From assembly GCA_965203905.1 (NCBI GenBank), contig CBDBDQ010000005.1, positions 5,408,001 to 5,472,000 on the forward strand: a DNA stretch of 64,000 nt. Direction: 5' to 3'. The notes below the pieces were generated by a model, which saw nothing but the letters and a program-made list of their open reading frames with translations, ran no database searches and was not told where the DNA came from. This DNA is from Spirochaetia bacterium (GTDB lineage Bacteria > Spirochaetota > Spirochaetia > SZUA-6 > Bin103). Positions 1 through 9,021 of the stretch are shown here, in pieces; the stretch's first letter is position 1, and every line of letters starts with the position of its first letter. The position numbers were made by a program, and so were the translations under genes.

Positions 1-280
1 CGTTGCAGGCGCGGGCCGCCGCAACCCCCACCTCCGGCTCCAGCAGCTCCGGTCCCGGCATGTTGACGCTGATCACGCTCACGTCGATGCCGGCAGCATC
101 CATGGCCCGCAGCTTGGTGGCCACCGAGTACTGCTCGCGTTCCATGCGGAACGTCTGCATGCCCGGGTAGGAGACGGTGTACGCGTCGTCGTCGACTCGG
201 GTCAGGGGAGGGCGCCGGTTCCGGGCCAGGGCTTCGGCGTATGCCGGCGGCAGGATGTGGCTCTGGCAATCGATCTTCAT
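1..280 (-). CDS. Amidohydrolase_2 (ACMSD-like) family protein, 3' end outside window
   Basis: Manual translation from the ATG at 280 gives MKIDCQSHILP...KLRAMDAAGIDVSVISVNMPG...AAARACN, the typical N-terminus of this family; not in the ORF track. Confidence 0.75.
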   Translation of the reverse strand, partial: MKIDCQSHILPPAYAEALARNRRPPLTRVDDDAYTVSYPGMQTFRMEREQYSVATKLRAMDAAGIDVSVISVNMPGPELLEPEVGVAAARACN

Positions 281-401
281 GCGGGTTGCCGCGCCGAGCA
301 TGCCGTTGCGGGGGAACGGCCGCAACCCCATGCATCGCGCCGTGCGCCGGCGCCAAACCGCGCGCTTGTCGGCAGCCACGCAAGCCCATAGAGTGGAGCC
401 G

Positions 402-1196
402 ATGACGGCCACCCAGAAATACCTGTTCGACCTGCACGGTTTCGTGATCGTCGAGGACGTGCTCGACGACGCGCAGTGCGAGCTCGCCAAGGCCAAGATC
501 GGGGAGCGGATGCAGCCGATGGAACAGACTCCCGACGGCTACGACGCGCGCGGCACCTGGTTCCGCGCCGCTCACCTGGTCAACGCCGGCGAGCCGTTCA
601 CCACCCTGATCGATCACCCGAAGCTGCTGGAGGTGCTCAGCGAGATCATCGGCCCCAAGCTGCGCCTGGAGAGCCACTACAGCCTCGTCCGCACCAAGGG
701 GTGTCCGCCATTCGAGATGCACGGCGGACACCGCGGCGGGCGCGTCAATTTCCGCTACTACGTCCAGGGCGACCGGATCTTCACCGGACTCACGGTGGTG
801 GCGTTCGCGCTGCAGGAGATCGACGCGGCGGACGGCGGCTTCGCCTGCATCCCGGGCTCGCACAAGTCCGACTTCCCGGTGCCGGAGGAGGATCGAGCGC
901 GGCTGTTCGCGGTGGACGGGCCGCTGGTGCGCAACATCGCCTCGCCCAAGGGGTCGGCGATCATCTTTACCGAGACCCTGGCCCACGGCGCCAACACCTG
1001 GCAGGCCGAAGAACCCCGCTACGGCCTGTTCTACAAGTACAACGACCGCGCCGCCACCTATCACTACCAGGGGGATCGCATCCCCTGCGCGGAGGTGATG
1101 GCGACTCTGTCGCCAGCCCAACGCAGCTTCTTCAACACCACCTGGGAGGCGTTCGGACCGCCCGATAACTTCCTCAACGAACAGCCGGAGGCGTGA
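402..1196 (+). CDS. Phytanoyl-CoA dioxygenase (PhyH) family Fe(II)/2OG enzyme
   Basis: YLFDLHGFVIVEDVL start, DGGFACIPGSHK, FTETLAHG; start moved to the ATG at 402. Confidence 0.85.
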   Translation: MTATQKYLFDLHGFVIVEDVLDDAQCELAKAKIGERMQPMEQTPDGYDARGTWFRAAHLVNAGEPFTTLIDHPKLLEVLSEIIGPKLRLESHYSLVRTKGCPPFEMHGGHRGGRVNFRYYVQGDRIFTGLTVVAFALQEIDAADGGFACIPGSHKSDFPVPEEDRARLFAVDGPLVRNIASPKGSAIIFTETLAHGANTWQAEEPRYGLFYKYNDRAATYHYQGDRIPCAEVMATLSPAQRSFFNTTWEAFGPPDNFLNEQPEA

Positions 1197-1996
1197 TGTC
1201 ACAGGATGAATTCGTGCCGGTCGGGCCACAGCACATGCCGGACGGCATCACGCTGCCGATTCACGGTCCCGACTTCGCGCGTGCGGAACCGGAGTTGATC
1301 GCGCAGCTCGAACGCGTCAGCGCTGCCACGGCGGCGGCCGGGCTGCACGGAATGGGGGTGCGCCAGAGCTTCATCGCCGGCCCGGTGGCGCGCCTGCCGG
1401 GGAGCAGGGCGGTCGGCACTGCCGTGACCCTGCAGTTCATGCCGCAACGGGAAGACATCGCCAGCGGCATGGAGCAGGAGCACGCGGAGAAGGTGAGCGC
1501 GCTGTGGCGGGTGCTGGACGAGATCCGCCCCGGCGACGTGCTGGTGGTGCAGGCCTACGGCGACCCCTATACCGGTTGTCTCGGCGAGATGCTGATCACC
1601 TACCTGAAGGGGCGCGGCGGCGTCGGGCTGGTGGTGGACGGCTGCATCCGCGACTGGCCCCAGGTGCGCTCCATCGGCCTGCCCCTGTGGACCGTGGGGG
1701 TGACCCCGCACTACGCCTCGCAGGGCACGCTGTTCCCATGGGCCTACAACGTGCCGGTGGCCGTGAGCCGGGTGCTGGCGCTGCCGGGTGACATCGTGAT
1801 CGCCGATGACGACGGCGCGGTGATCGTGCCGCGCAAGATGGCCGCCGACCTGGCCACGGCCACCGTCGCCCACGAGGAGTGGGAGGAGTTCAGCCGCATC
1901 AAGCTGGCGGAGGGAGGCTCCATCGGCACCTACTACCCGCTGAACGAGCAGGGCCGGCGCGAATACGAGCAGTGGCGCGCCGAACGCTCCACCTGA
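1193..1996 (+). CDS. RraA-like / HMG aldolase family protein
   Basis: GTAVTLQFMPQRED, GCLGEM, GLVVDGCIRD, PGDIVIADDDGAV; overlaps the upstream stop. Confidence 0.85.
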   Translation: MMSQDEFVPVGPQHMPDGITLPIHGPDFARAEPELIAQLERVSAATAAAGLHGMGVRQSFIAGPVARLPGSRAVGTAVTLQFMPQREDIASGMEQEHAEKVSALWRVLDEIRPGDVLVVQAYGDPYTGCLGEMLITYLKGRGGVGLVVDGCIRDWPQVRSIGLPLWTVGVTPHYASQGTLFPWAYNVPVAVSRVLALPGDIVIADDDGAVIVPRKMAADLATATVAHEEWEEFSRIKLAEGGSIGTYYPLNEQGRREYEQWRAERST

Positions 1997-2062
1997 CCGC
2001 GGCATCCGGCCGCGCGGCCCGGCCCTCGACGCGGCACCGCTGACGCGATTACCTTCGCGGCC

Positions 2063-3082
2063 ATGCAGTATCGTCCTCTGGGGAGCACCGGGGTGCAGGT
2101 GTCGGCGTTGTGCCTGGGTACCGCGTTCCGCGGCTTGCGCCGCGGCGTACGCGGCGAGCAGGAGTGCGTGGCCACCTTCGAGCGCGCCGTCGACCTGGGT
2201 TGCAACTTCTTCGACTGCGCCAACTTCTACGGCCATGGCGAATCCGAGGAACTGGTGGGCCGCCTGGTACGACGGCTCGGGGTGCGCGAGCGACTGGTGC
2301 TCACCAGCAAGGTGGGGCAGCCGATGGGGGAGGGACCCAACCGCGGCGGTCTCTCGCGGCGCTACATCATGGCCGAGATCGACCGCACCCTGCGGCGTAT
2401 GCAGACCGACTACCTGGACGTGTACTTCATGCATGTGCCGGATCCGGCGACCCCACTGGAAGAGAGCGTGCGGGCGCTGCACGACCTGGTGGCGGCGGGC
2501 AAGGCGCGTTACATCGGGGTGAGCAACCACCACCCGACCGAGCTGGTCGAGCTGCTGTGGATCGCGGACGCCCTCGGCCTGCACCGGCCGGCGGTGTTGC
2601 AGTATCCCTACAGCCTGGTGCAGCGCTGGCTGGTCGAGCAGGAGATCGCGCCGCTGTGCCGGCGCTTCGGACTCGGACTGATCGCCTACAGCCCGCTGGC
2701 GGTAGGCCTGCTCACCGGCGAGGTGGGCGACGCCGGCCGGATAGCGGCCGACAGCCACTGGGCGGCGCACCCGCACGCGGCGGAGATGCTGCGGGTCACC
2801 GCACCGCTCCGGGCCGTGCTCGAAGCCGTGGCGCGGGACGAGGAGCGTACCCCGGCGCAGGTGGCGGTGGCCTGGCTGCTGGCCAACCCGGCGCTCAGCG
2901 CCCCGATCCTCGGCGCCGAGCTTCCGGCCCACGTGGACGAGCTGTTCGCCACCGCGAGCTGGGAGCTTCCGGCCGCGGCAAAGGCGCGGCTGGACGCCAC
3001 CGCGATGGAGTCAGACCCGCGGGCGGCAATGCCCGCCCTCTACGGCGACCACCCGCGCCAGCGCGTGCCTCCCCGCCGCTGA
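2063..3082 (+). CDS. Aldo/keto reductase
   Basis: YRPLGSTG, FDCANFYG, TSKVG, YFMHVPD, YSPLAVGLLTG. Confidence 0.9.
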   Translation: MQYRPLGSTGVQVSALCLGTAFRGLRRGVRGEQECVATFERAVDLGCNFFDCANFYGHGESEELVGRLVRRLGVRERLVLTSKVGQPMGEGPNRGGLSRRYIMAEIDRTLRRMQTDYLDVYFMHVPDPATPLEESVRALHDLVAAGKARYIGVSNHHPTELVELLWIADALGLHRPAVLQYPYSLVQRWLVEQEIAPLCRRFGLGLIAYSPLAVGLLTGEVGDAGRIAADSHWAAHPHAAEMLRVTAPLRAVLEAVARDEERTPAQVAVAWLLANPALSAPILGAELPAHVDELFATASWELPAAAKARLDATAMESDPRAAMPALYGDHPRQRVPPRR

Positions 3083-3119
3083 GCAACGGTCGGGCAAAGC
3101 CATCGAGGCAGGTGCGAGC

Positions 3120-4010
3120 ATGAGCGATTCCTGGGGCGACAAGATGGAGCGTCTAAGTCTGACGCGCCGCCACTACCACAATGACGACTACCTCCGATTC
3201 CTGGTGGATTCGGTATGGAAGCTCCATGGACCCCGTAGTCTGGTGGACTTCGGTTGCGGGTCCGGTTATCTGGGCCTCAAGCTGCTGCCGCTGCTGCCGG
3301 TAGGGAGCACCTATACCGGAATCGACTCCTCTCCACGACTACTCGCGCAGGCACGGTCCACCTTCGCCGGCGCGCCGTGGGCGACAGAGTTCGTACTTGC
3401 CGACATTCGCGATGTCCCGCTCCCCGACAGCAGCTTCGACGTCGCTGTGTCCCATTCCTCCCTGATGCATCTATCGCGGCCAACACAGGGAGTCGCGGAG
3501 ATGGTGCGACTCACGCGCAGTGGTGGCCTGGTGATCGCTTGCGAATCCAACTGGAACGGTTTCAATGCCATGAATCACGTTGCAGAGCTGGATGAACTCG
3601 CGATCAAGGATCTCGGATTCCTGCAACGCCTGTTCGCTCGCGACCGGGAGATTGATGGCCGCGACGGCAATCTCGGCGTCAAGATGCCGGTGCTCCTCCA
3701 CAAGGCGGGTCTCATCGAAGTCGACGCCCGAGTCACCGATGCCGTGCGCTGCTGCTTGCCTCCCTTGGATACGGCCGAGAAGAACGCACGGTACGAGGCC
3801 CTACGCGCTGATGGCCTGGCAGGGGCCGTCGGCGAGGAGAAGGCTCGTCAGATGCGGGAGCGCTTTCTCATGCGCGGTTTCTCAGCGGAAGAAGCAGAAG
3901 AGGAGATCCGCAGAGCGATGCACCAGGCTGAACAGTTCGCCGAATCCGGACGAGATTTTCACATTGTTTCACCGCTGGTGATGATGTTCAGCTTTGGCAG
4001 AATTCCCTGA
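3120..4010 (+). CDS. Class I SAM-dependent methyltransferase
   Basis: VDFGCGSG motif I, YTGID, FDVAVSH. Confidence 0.85.
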   Translation: MSDSWGDKMERLSLTRRHYHNDDYLRFLVDSVWKLHGPRSLVDFGCGSGYLGLKLLPLLPVGSTYTGIDSSPRLLAQARSTFAGAPWATEFVLADIRDVPLPDSSFDVAVSHSSLMHLSRPTQGVAEMVRLTRSGGLVIACESNWNGFNAMNHVAELDELAIKDLGFLQRLFARDREIDGRDGNLGVKMPVLLHKAGLIEVDARVTDAVRCCLPPLDTAEKNARYEALRADGLAGAVGEEKARQMRERFLMRGFSAEEAEEEIRRAMHQAEQFAESGRDFHIVSPLVMMFSFGRIP

Positions 4011-4020
4011 GCGACCGCTA

Positions 4021-4896
4021 CTAACCGGCGTAGGGAACGGCGGGCAGGCCGCGGACGCCGGGCACCACCTTCACCAGGGAGCCGGCCAGCGGCTGCGCCG
4101 CGCGCTCGGCCTCGCTCAGGCGCAGACAGGCGGAGGTGATGTACAGGTCGGTCAGGTCGCGGCCGCCGAAGGCGCAGGAGGTGACGTTGCTCATCGGCAG
4201 GTCGACGGTGGCCAGCAACTCACCGTTTTCGGGATGGTACCGGCGCACCGCACTGCCGCCGAAGATGGCGATCCACAGCATGCCCTCCTCGTCCATGGTC
4301 ATGCCGTCGAAGTGGCCGCTGCCGCCGTTGGTCACCGTGACCCGCTCATTGCTGATGGCGCCGCTGTCCAGATCGTAGTCGTAGGCGCGCACGTCGTTGC
4401 GGCCGGTGTCCACGTAGTACATGGTGTGCTGGTCCTGGCTCCAGACGATGCCGTTGGAGATGGAGACGCCGCCGAACTTGCGGGTCACGGTACCATCCAG
4501 TTCGAGACAGTAGAGGGCGCCGAGGCCCGGCGTGCCGTCGAACTCCATGGTGCCGGCCCACAGGCGGCCGGCGGGGTCGCACTTGCCGTCGTTGAAGCGG
4601 TTGCCCGGTTTGTCCCGTTCCGGGTCGGCGATGGGGCGCATCAGGCCGCTGTCCGGGTCGAGGCTGGCAAAGCCGTTGTGGAGTGCTACGATCACGCCGC
4701 CCGAGGCGCGCGGCACCACGGTGCCGACCGCCTGCAGGGTGTCGATGGAGCGGTTCTCGCCGCTCACGGGGTCGTACACGAACAGCTTCTGGCCGATGAT
4801 GTCGACCCAGTACAGCACCTGCCGCTCGGAGTCCCAGATCGCACCTTCGCCAACCACCGACCGCCGCTGCACTATCGTCTCTATCTCCCACGCCAT
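4021..4896 (-). CDS. SMP-30/gluconolactonase/LRE family protein
   Basis: GEGAIWD, RFNDGKCDPAGRLWAG, SNGIVWS, DGMTMD, TSCAFGG. Confidence 0.9.
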   Translation of the reverse strand: MAWEIETIVQRRSVVGEGAIWDSERQVLYWVDIIGQKLFVYDPVSGENRSIDTLQAVGTVVPRASGGVIVALHNGFASLDPDSGLMRPIADPERDKPGNRFNDGKCDPAGRLWAGTMEFDGTPGLGALYCLELDGTVTRKFGGVSISNGIVWSQDQHTMYYVDTGRNDVRAYDYDLDSGAISNERVTVTNGGSGHFDGMTMDEEGMLWIAIFGGSAVRRYHPENGELLATVDLPMSNVTSCAFGGRDLTDLYITSACLRLSEAERAAQPLAGSLVKVVPGVRGLPAVPYAG

Positions 4897-4974
4897 AGTG
4901 GTCGAATCATAGTATGAGGCACCCATCCGGCACCAGGGTTGTTGTGGTAGAGTGTGCCCGCGCAAGGAGAAAAC

Positions 4975-5697
4975 ATGGCAGAACAACGATCATTCAAGGA
5001 ACGTATCCGATCCGGGGAGCGGCTCTTCGGCGCTTCCATTCCGATGCACGCGGACGTCGACTGGCTGCGCGGCATCGTGGCCCGCCGCCCGTACGACTTC
5101 GTCTCGGTCGATGCCCAGCACTCGGCGTTCAGCGAGCACACCCTGGAGGCGTTCTGCGCCGCGGCGGGGGAGGTGGGCGTGCCGGTCTGGTTCCGCATCA
5201 AGCACACGCGTTTCACCTTTCTGGTGGGCAACTACCTGGACCTCGGGCCGCACGCCATCGAGATTCCGCAGGTGGAGCAGGTAGCCACGGTGGACGAGGC
5301 GGTGGCCAACTTCTACTATCCGCCGCGCGGCGTACGCAGTTGGGGCGGACGGGCGCGGGTCGGATTCGCCAACCAGAGCCTGGAGGAGTACGCGGCGCTG
5401 TGGGAGCGCACCGGTGCGCTGGCGATGCAGATCGAATCGGTGGCCGCCACCACCGCGGCGCGGCGGCTGGCGCGCGACGGCGTCGACTTCTTCACCATCG
5501 GCCCGGCCGACATGACCCTCGACCTGCGCCGGCACCCCAACCACGCGCTGCAGAGTGTCGACGACTGCGTCCGCTACCTGGTGCGTGAGCTGGAGGGCAC
5601 GGGAATCCACGTCTGCATGCGCACCAGTGCCGCCGACGATCCCACCCCCTATCACGACATGGGGGTCACGATGATCCTGGAGGCGGGAGTGAGCTGA
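4975..5697 (+). CDS. HpcH/HpaI aldolase family protein
   Basis: YYPPRGVRSWG, MQIES, IGPAD; AGGAGA ribosome-binding site before the ATG at 4975. Confidence 0.8.
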   Translation: MAEQRSFKERIRSGERLFGASIPMHADVDWLRGIVARRPYDFVSVDAQHSAFSEHTLEAFCAAAGEVGVPVWFRIKHTRFTFLVGNYLDLGPHAIEIPQVEQVATVDEAVANFYYPPRGVRSWGGRARVGFANQSLEEYAALWERTGALAMQIESVAATTAARRLARDGVDFFTIGPADMTLDLRRHPNHALQSVDDCVRYLVRELEGTGIHVCMRTSAADDPTPYHDMGVTMILEAGVS

Positions 5698-5718
5698 GCG
5701 TGCGCCGGCGCGGGCCGA

Positions 5719-6537
5719 TCACCTGAGGGCTGCGCCGCCGTCCACGGTGATGGCGGAGCCGGTGATCATGTCGGCCGCGTCGGAGGCGAGGAAGGCGAAC
5801 GCTTCGGCGATCTCTTCCGGCTGATTGAGGCGTCCCAACGGCGTCGCCCCGCGGCGGCGCTCGTAGTTGGCCGGGTTGTCGATCGAGGTGGACCAGTCGT
5901 TGGGGCTGTAGTCGCTGGAGCCGCGGATGAAGGGCGTGTCGACGTGGCCCGGATTCACTTGGCAGCAGCGGATGCCGTCGGCGGCGTAAGCGCCGGCGGT
6001 GGCCCTGGTGAGGGCATTGACCCCGAACTTGCTGCAGGTGTAGGCGGGGGCGCCGCCGCCGGCGCGCAGCGAGGCCAGCGAGCCGACGCTGATGATGCAG
6101 CCGCCACCGGCGCGGCGCATCGCCGGCACCACCGCCTTGATGCCGATGAAGATGCCGGTCAGGTTCAACTCCAGGATGCGCCGGAACTGCGCCACCGTCA
6201 TCGCGTCGTAGCTCACCCGGTGGTTGCCGCCGGCCAGGTAGCACATGGTGGTCAACGAACCGAAACGGCGCTCCACCTGCTCCACGGCCGCCTGCCACGT
6301 CTCGGGCTCGGTGACGTCGAGCGCCAACGCAAGCGCCTCGCAGCCCGCGGTCGTCAGCTCCGCGGCCACCGTCTCGGCGGCGTCGATTCGCCGGTCGGCC
6401 ACCGCGACCCGCGCCCCGGCAGCAGTGAACCGGCTCGCCACGGCCGATCCCATGGCCCCGGCGCCGCCTGCCACCAACGCCACCTTTCCGTCCAGCCGCC
6501 GGCGGCTGTCTTCCTGCGCGCTGCGGTCCGCTCCCAT
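5719..6537 (-). CDS. Short-chain dehydrogenase/reductase
   Basis: GGAGAMG, YTCSK, VNPGHVDT, VDGG. Confidence 0.9.
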   Translation of the reverse strand: MGADRSAQEDSRRRLDGKVALVAGGAGAMGSAVASRFTAAGARVAVADRRIDAAETVAAELTTAGCEALALALDVTEPETWQAAVEQVERRFGSLTTMCYLAGGNHRVSYDAMTVAQFRRILELNLTGIFIGIKAVVPAMRRAGGGCIISVGSLASLRAGGGAPAYTCSKFGVNALTRATAGAYAADGIRCCQVNPGHVDTPFIRGSSDYSPNDWSTSIDNPANYERRRGATPLGRLNQPEEIAEAFAFLASDAADMITGSAITVDGGAALR

Positions 6538-6558
6538 TGAATGCCTCCTCGCGACCCT

Positions 6559-7677
6559 CTAACGGGTGAACGACTGCTGTATCTGCTCCGGCGTGCGATG
6601 CTCGTACTCCAGGGCGCCGGTCTCCAGGATCGGGTGCGCCGCGGCCTCGCGCTCGTCCAGCTCCACCCCCAGGCCGGGCGCGTCCGGTACCGCGATGCTG
6701 CCGCCGCACTCCGGCACGCTGCCTGGCGCGACTGCTGCCCGCCACGGCACGTCGTCCGCCATGTGCTCCAGGAAGAAGGCATTGGGGATGGCGGCCAGCA
6801 CGTGCACGTTGGCCATCTCCACCACCGGACCCACGGAGCCGTCGTGGGGCGCCACCTTCACCGCCTGCGCCTCGGCCATCGCGGCCAGCTTGTGCAGCTC
6901 CGTGATGCCGCCGAGGCGCGTGGTCTCGGGCTGCACGATGTCCACCAGGTTGCGCGCCAGCAGCTCGCTGAACGCCCACTTGGTGGCGAACCGCTCGCCG
7001 GTGGCCAGCGGTACCGAGACCTTGGCCGCCACCTTTGCCAGCGCCTCGATGTTCTCCGGCACCACCGGATCCTCGAAGAACATGGGACGGTACGGCTCGC
7101 AGGCGCGGCCGAGCTGAATCGCCGCCGCCGGGGTGAACTCGGCGTGGCAGTGGACCCCGATCTCCACCTCGTCCCCGAGCGCGCCGCGCAGTTCGGCCAG
7201 CAGGGCGGCGGAGGGTGGGCACTTGAAGGCGCGGTAGCCACGTGCCACCAGCGCCTGCGCGCTCTCCACGGAGCCGGCGTGGCCGTAGACCTCGATGGCG
7301 TCGCGCAGCTTGCCGCCGAGCAACTGGTACACCGGCACGCCCAGCGCTTTGCCCTTGATGTCCCACAGGGCCATGTCGATGGCGCTGATCGCGCCCCCGC
7401 GCACCGCCCCGGTCACACCGTGCCCGTGCAGGATGTCGTACAGCTTGAACCACAGCCTGGTGCTGGCAAAGGGGTCCTCGCCGATCAGAAAGTGGGCCAG
7501 CTCGTCGATCGCCTTGGCCACCACCACCGGCCAGCCGCCGCCTTCGCCGACCCCGGTCACGCCGGCGTCGGTGTAGACCTTCACGAACAGCCAGTTGCGC
7601 CCGCGCGGCCGGCTGGCGCTCCGCGCGGACGGCTCCTCGGCGCTCACCAGAAACGTCTTGACTCCGGTAATCTTCAT
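6559..7677 (-). CDS. Mandelate racemase/galactonate dehydratase-like enolase-superfamily enzyme
   Basis: WLFVKVYTDAG..GVGE, SAIDMALWDIKGK, FFEDP, ATGER, APH. Confidence 0.85.
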   Translation of the reverse strand: MKITGVKTFLVSAEEPSARSASRPRGRNWLFVKVYTDAGVTGVGEGGGWPVVVAKAIDELAHFLIGEDPFASTRLWFKLYDILHGHGVTGAVRGGAISAIDMALWDIKGKALGVPVYQLLGGKLRDAIEVYGHAGSVESAQALVARGYRAFKCPPSAALLAELRGALGDEVEIGVHCHAEFTPAAAIQLGRACEPYRPMFFEDPVVPENIEALAKVAAKVSVPLATGERFATKWAFSELLARNLVDIVQPETTRLGGITELHKLAAMAEAQAVKVAPHDGSVGPVVEMANVHVLAAIPNAFFLEHMADDVPWRAAVAPGSVPECGGSIAVPDAPGLGVELDEREAAAHPILETGALEYEHRTPEQIQQSFTR

Positions 7678-7729
7678 CGTGGCACGCCGCCAAGCTACGG
7701 CCCGAGAGTGTAGATGCTGACGCCACAGC

Positions 7730-7759
7730 TTGACAATCCGGACGCGCCCGCCCTACGTT
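7730..7759 (+). promoter_or_regulatory. Sigma70-type promoter of tRNA-Glu
   Basis: TTGACA (7730-7735), 18 nt spacer, TACGTT (7754-7759), ending 18 nt before the tRNA. Confidence 0.65.
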
Positions 7760-7777
7760 AGTTTGGTCAGTAGACAC

Positions 7778-7849
7778 GGCCCCTTCGTCTATCGGCTAGG
7801 ACATGAGACTCTCATTCTCAAAAGAGGGGTTCGATTCCCCTAGGGGCTA
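7778..7849 (+). tRNA. tRNA-Glu (CTC)
   Basis: Acceptor stem GGCCCCT/AGGGGCT, anticodon arm TGAGA-CT-CTC-AT-TCTCA, T-loop GGTTCGATTCC. Confidence 0.95.
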
Positions 7850-7877
7850 ACCACTGGGACAGATACGGCAAACGAGC

Positions 7878-7914
7878 GAGAGGTGGCCTGAGTACAAGGG
7901 TCGCCTCTCTTTTT
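7878..7914 (+). terminator. Rho-independent terminator after tRNA-Glu
   Basis: GAGAGGTGGCCT/AGGGTCGCCTCTC stem followed by TTTTT. Confidence 0.8.
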
Positions 7915-8193
7915 GCCCACGTCCATGTTCCGGAGGACCATGTCAAGTGAACATGGCCGATCTGGAAGGTCGGGTACTGGGGACGAGATCCGGGGCGTAG
8001 GGCTGTTGATGACAGACGCTCCGGTTCCACGGACGGCGCTGCCTCCCGGTGTCTGGCCGGCATCCAGCGTCCGCGTCGATCTGCATAAGGGAGAAAGCAC
8101 GGCCGAACTGCAGTCACTCGGGAACACCGGGTGACCCCAGGGGCCCTGGCTGCAGGTGCCGGTTGCCCCGAGACTGTCGATGGAGGCACAAGA

Positions 8194-9021
8194 ATGAAGA
8201 TTGCGTTGCTCGGAGCCGGCGGCAAGATGGGCTGCCGCATTGCTGACAGCTTGTTGCGTGACGGCACCAATGAGATCGCCGCAGTGGAGGTGTCGGCTGC
8301 GGGCCGCGCCAACCTTCAGGAGCGCGGACTGGAGGCCGTATCACCTGAGAAGGCAATCCCCGGCGCCGGGGCTGTGATTCTGGCCGTGCCCGACCGGCTG
8401 ATTCGCACGATTGCGCGGGACGTGGTCCCGCTGATGGACCGAGGGTCGATGCTGGTTGCGCTCGATCCAGCCGCGCCGTACGCCGGGGCGCTGCCTGAAC
8501 GGCAGGACGTGTCATACTTCTGCACGCACCCATGTCATCCGCCGCTGTTCGGCGCTGAGACCCGGCCGGAAGCACGGGCCGACTGGTTTGGCGGCACGGC
8601 GCGCCAGCATATCGTGTGTGCCCTGGCACAGGGCCCGGAGACCGACTATGCCGCCGGTGAGCGGCTGGCGCGCATTATCTACGCCCCGGTAATCGACAGC
8701 TTCCGGGTCACGGTGGAGCAGATGGCGCTCCTGGAACCGACTCTGGTTGAGACCTTCACTGCCACGCTGATCAGCGCGATGAAAGAGGGGCTGGACACGG
8801 TGGTCGAGATGGGTGTGCCGCGCGAGGCGGCTGAGGCGTTCCTGTTTGGCCACCTGCGCGTCGAGTTTGGCATCATCTTCGGGTTCGCAGGGTTCCCGTT
8901 CTCCGACGGCGCCCAGCTCGCCGTCGAGAAGGCGGGTCCGCGCATCTTCCGCGACGACTGGAAGCAGATCTTCACGCTGGAGTCGCTGCGCCGGAGCGTG
9001 GCCGAGATTGTCGGTGACTGA
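8194..9021 (+). CDS. apnO: D-apionate oxidoisomerase-like NAD-binding protein
   Basis: LLGAGGKMG, ILAVPD, LDPAAP, THPCHPP, QMALLEPTLVET, FSDGA; sits next to a RuBisCO-like protein and a DUF1537 kinase. Confidence 0.7.
   Translation: MKIALLGAGGKMGCRIADSLLRDGTNEIAAVEVSAAGRANLQERGLEAVSPEKAIPGAGAVILAVPDRLIRTIARDVVPLMDRGSMLVALDPAAPYAGALPERQDVSYFCTHPCHPPLFGAETRPEARADWFGGTARQHIVCALAQGPETDYAAGERLARIIYAPVIDSFRVTVEQMALLEPTLVETFTATLISAMKEGLDTVVEMGVPREAAEAFLFGHLRVEFGIIFGFAGFPFSDGAQLAVEKAGPRIFRDDWKQIFTLESLRRSVAEIVGD

Noticed and set aside
7849-7853. Encoded CCA end on tRNA-Glu
   Set aside because: The CCA at 7851-7853 is one base out of register with the discriminator (A7849), so it is probably coincidental.
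7940-8134. Small ORF after the tRNA-Glu terminator, preceded by GGAGG
   Set aside because: Shine-Dalgarno spacing is very short, the product has no recognisable features, and the region may simply be the cassette's promoter.
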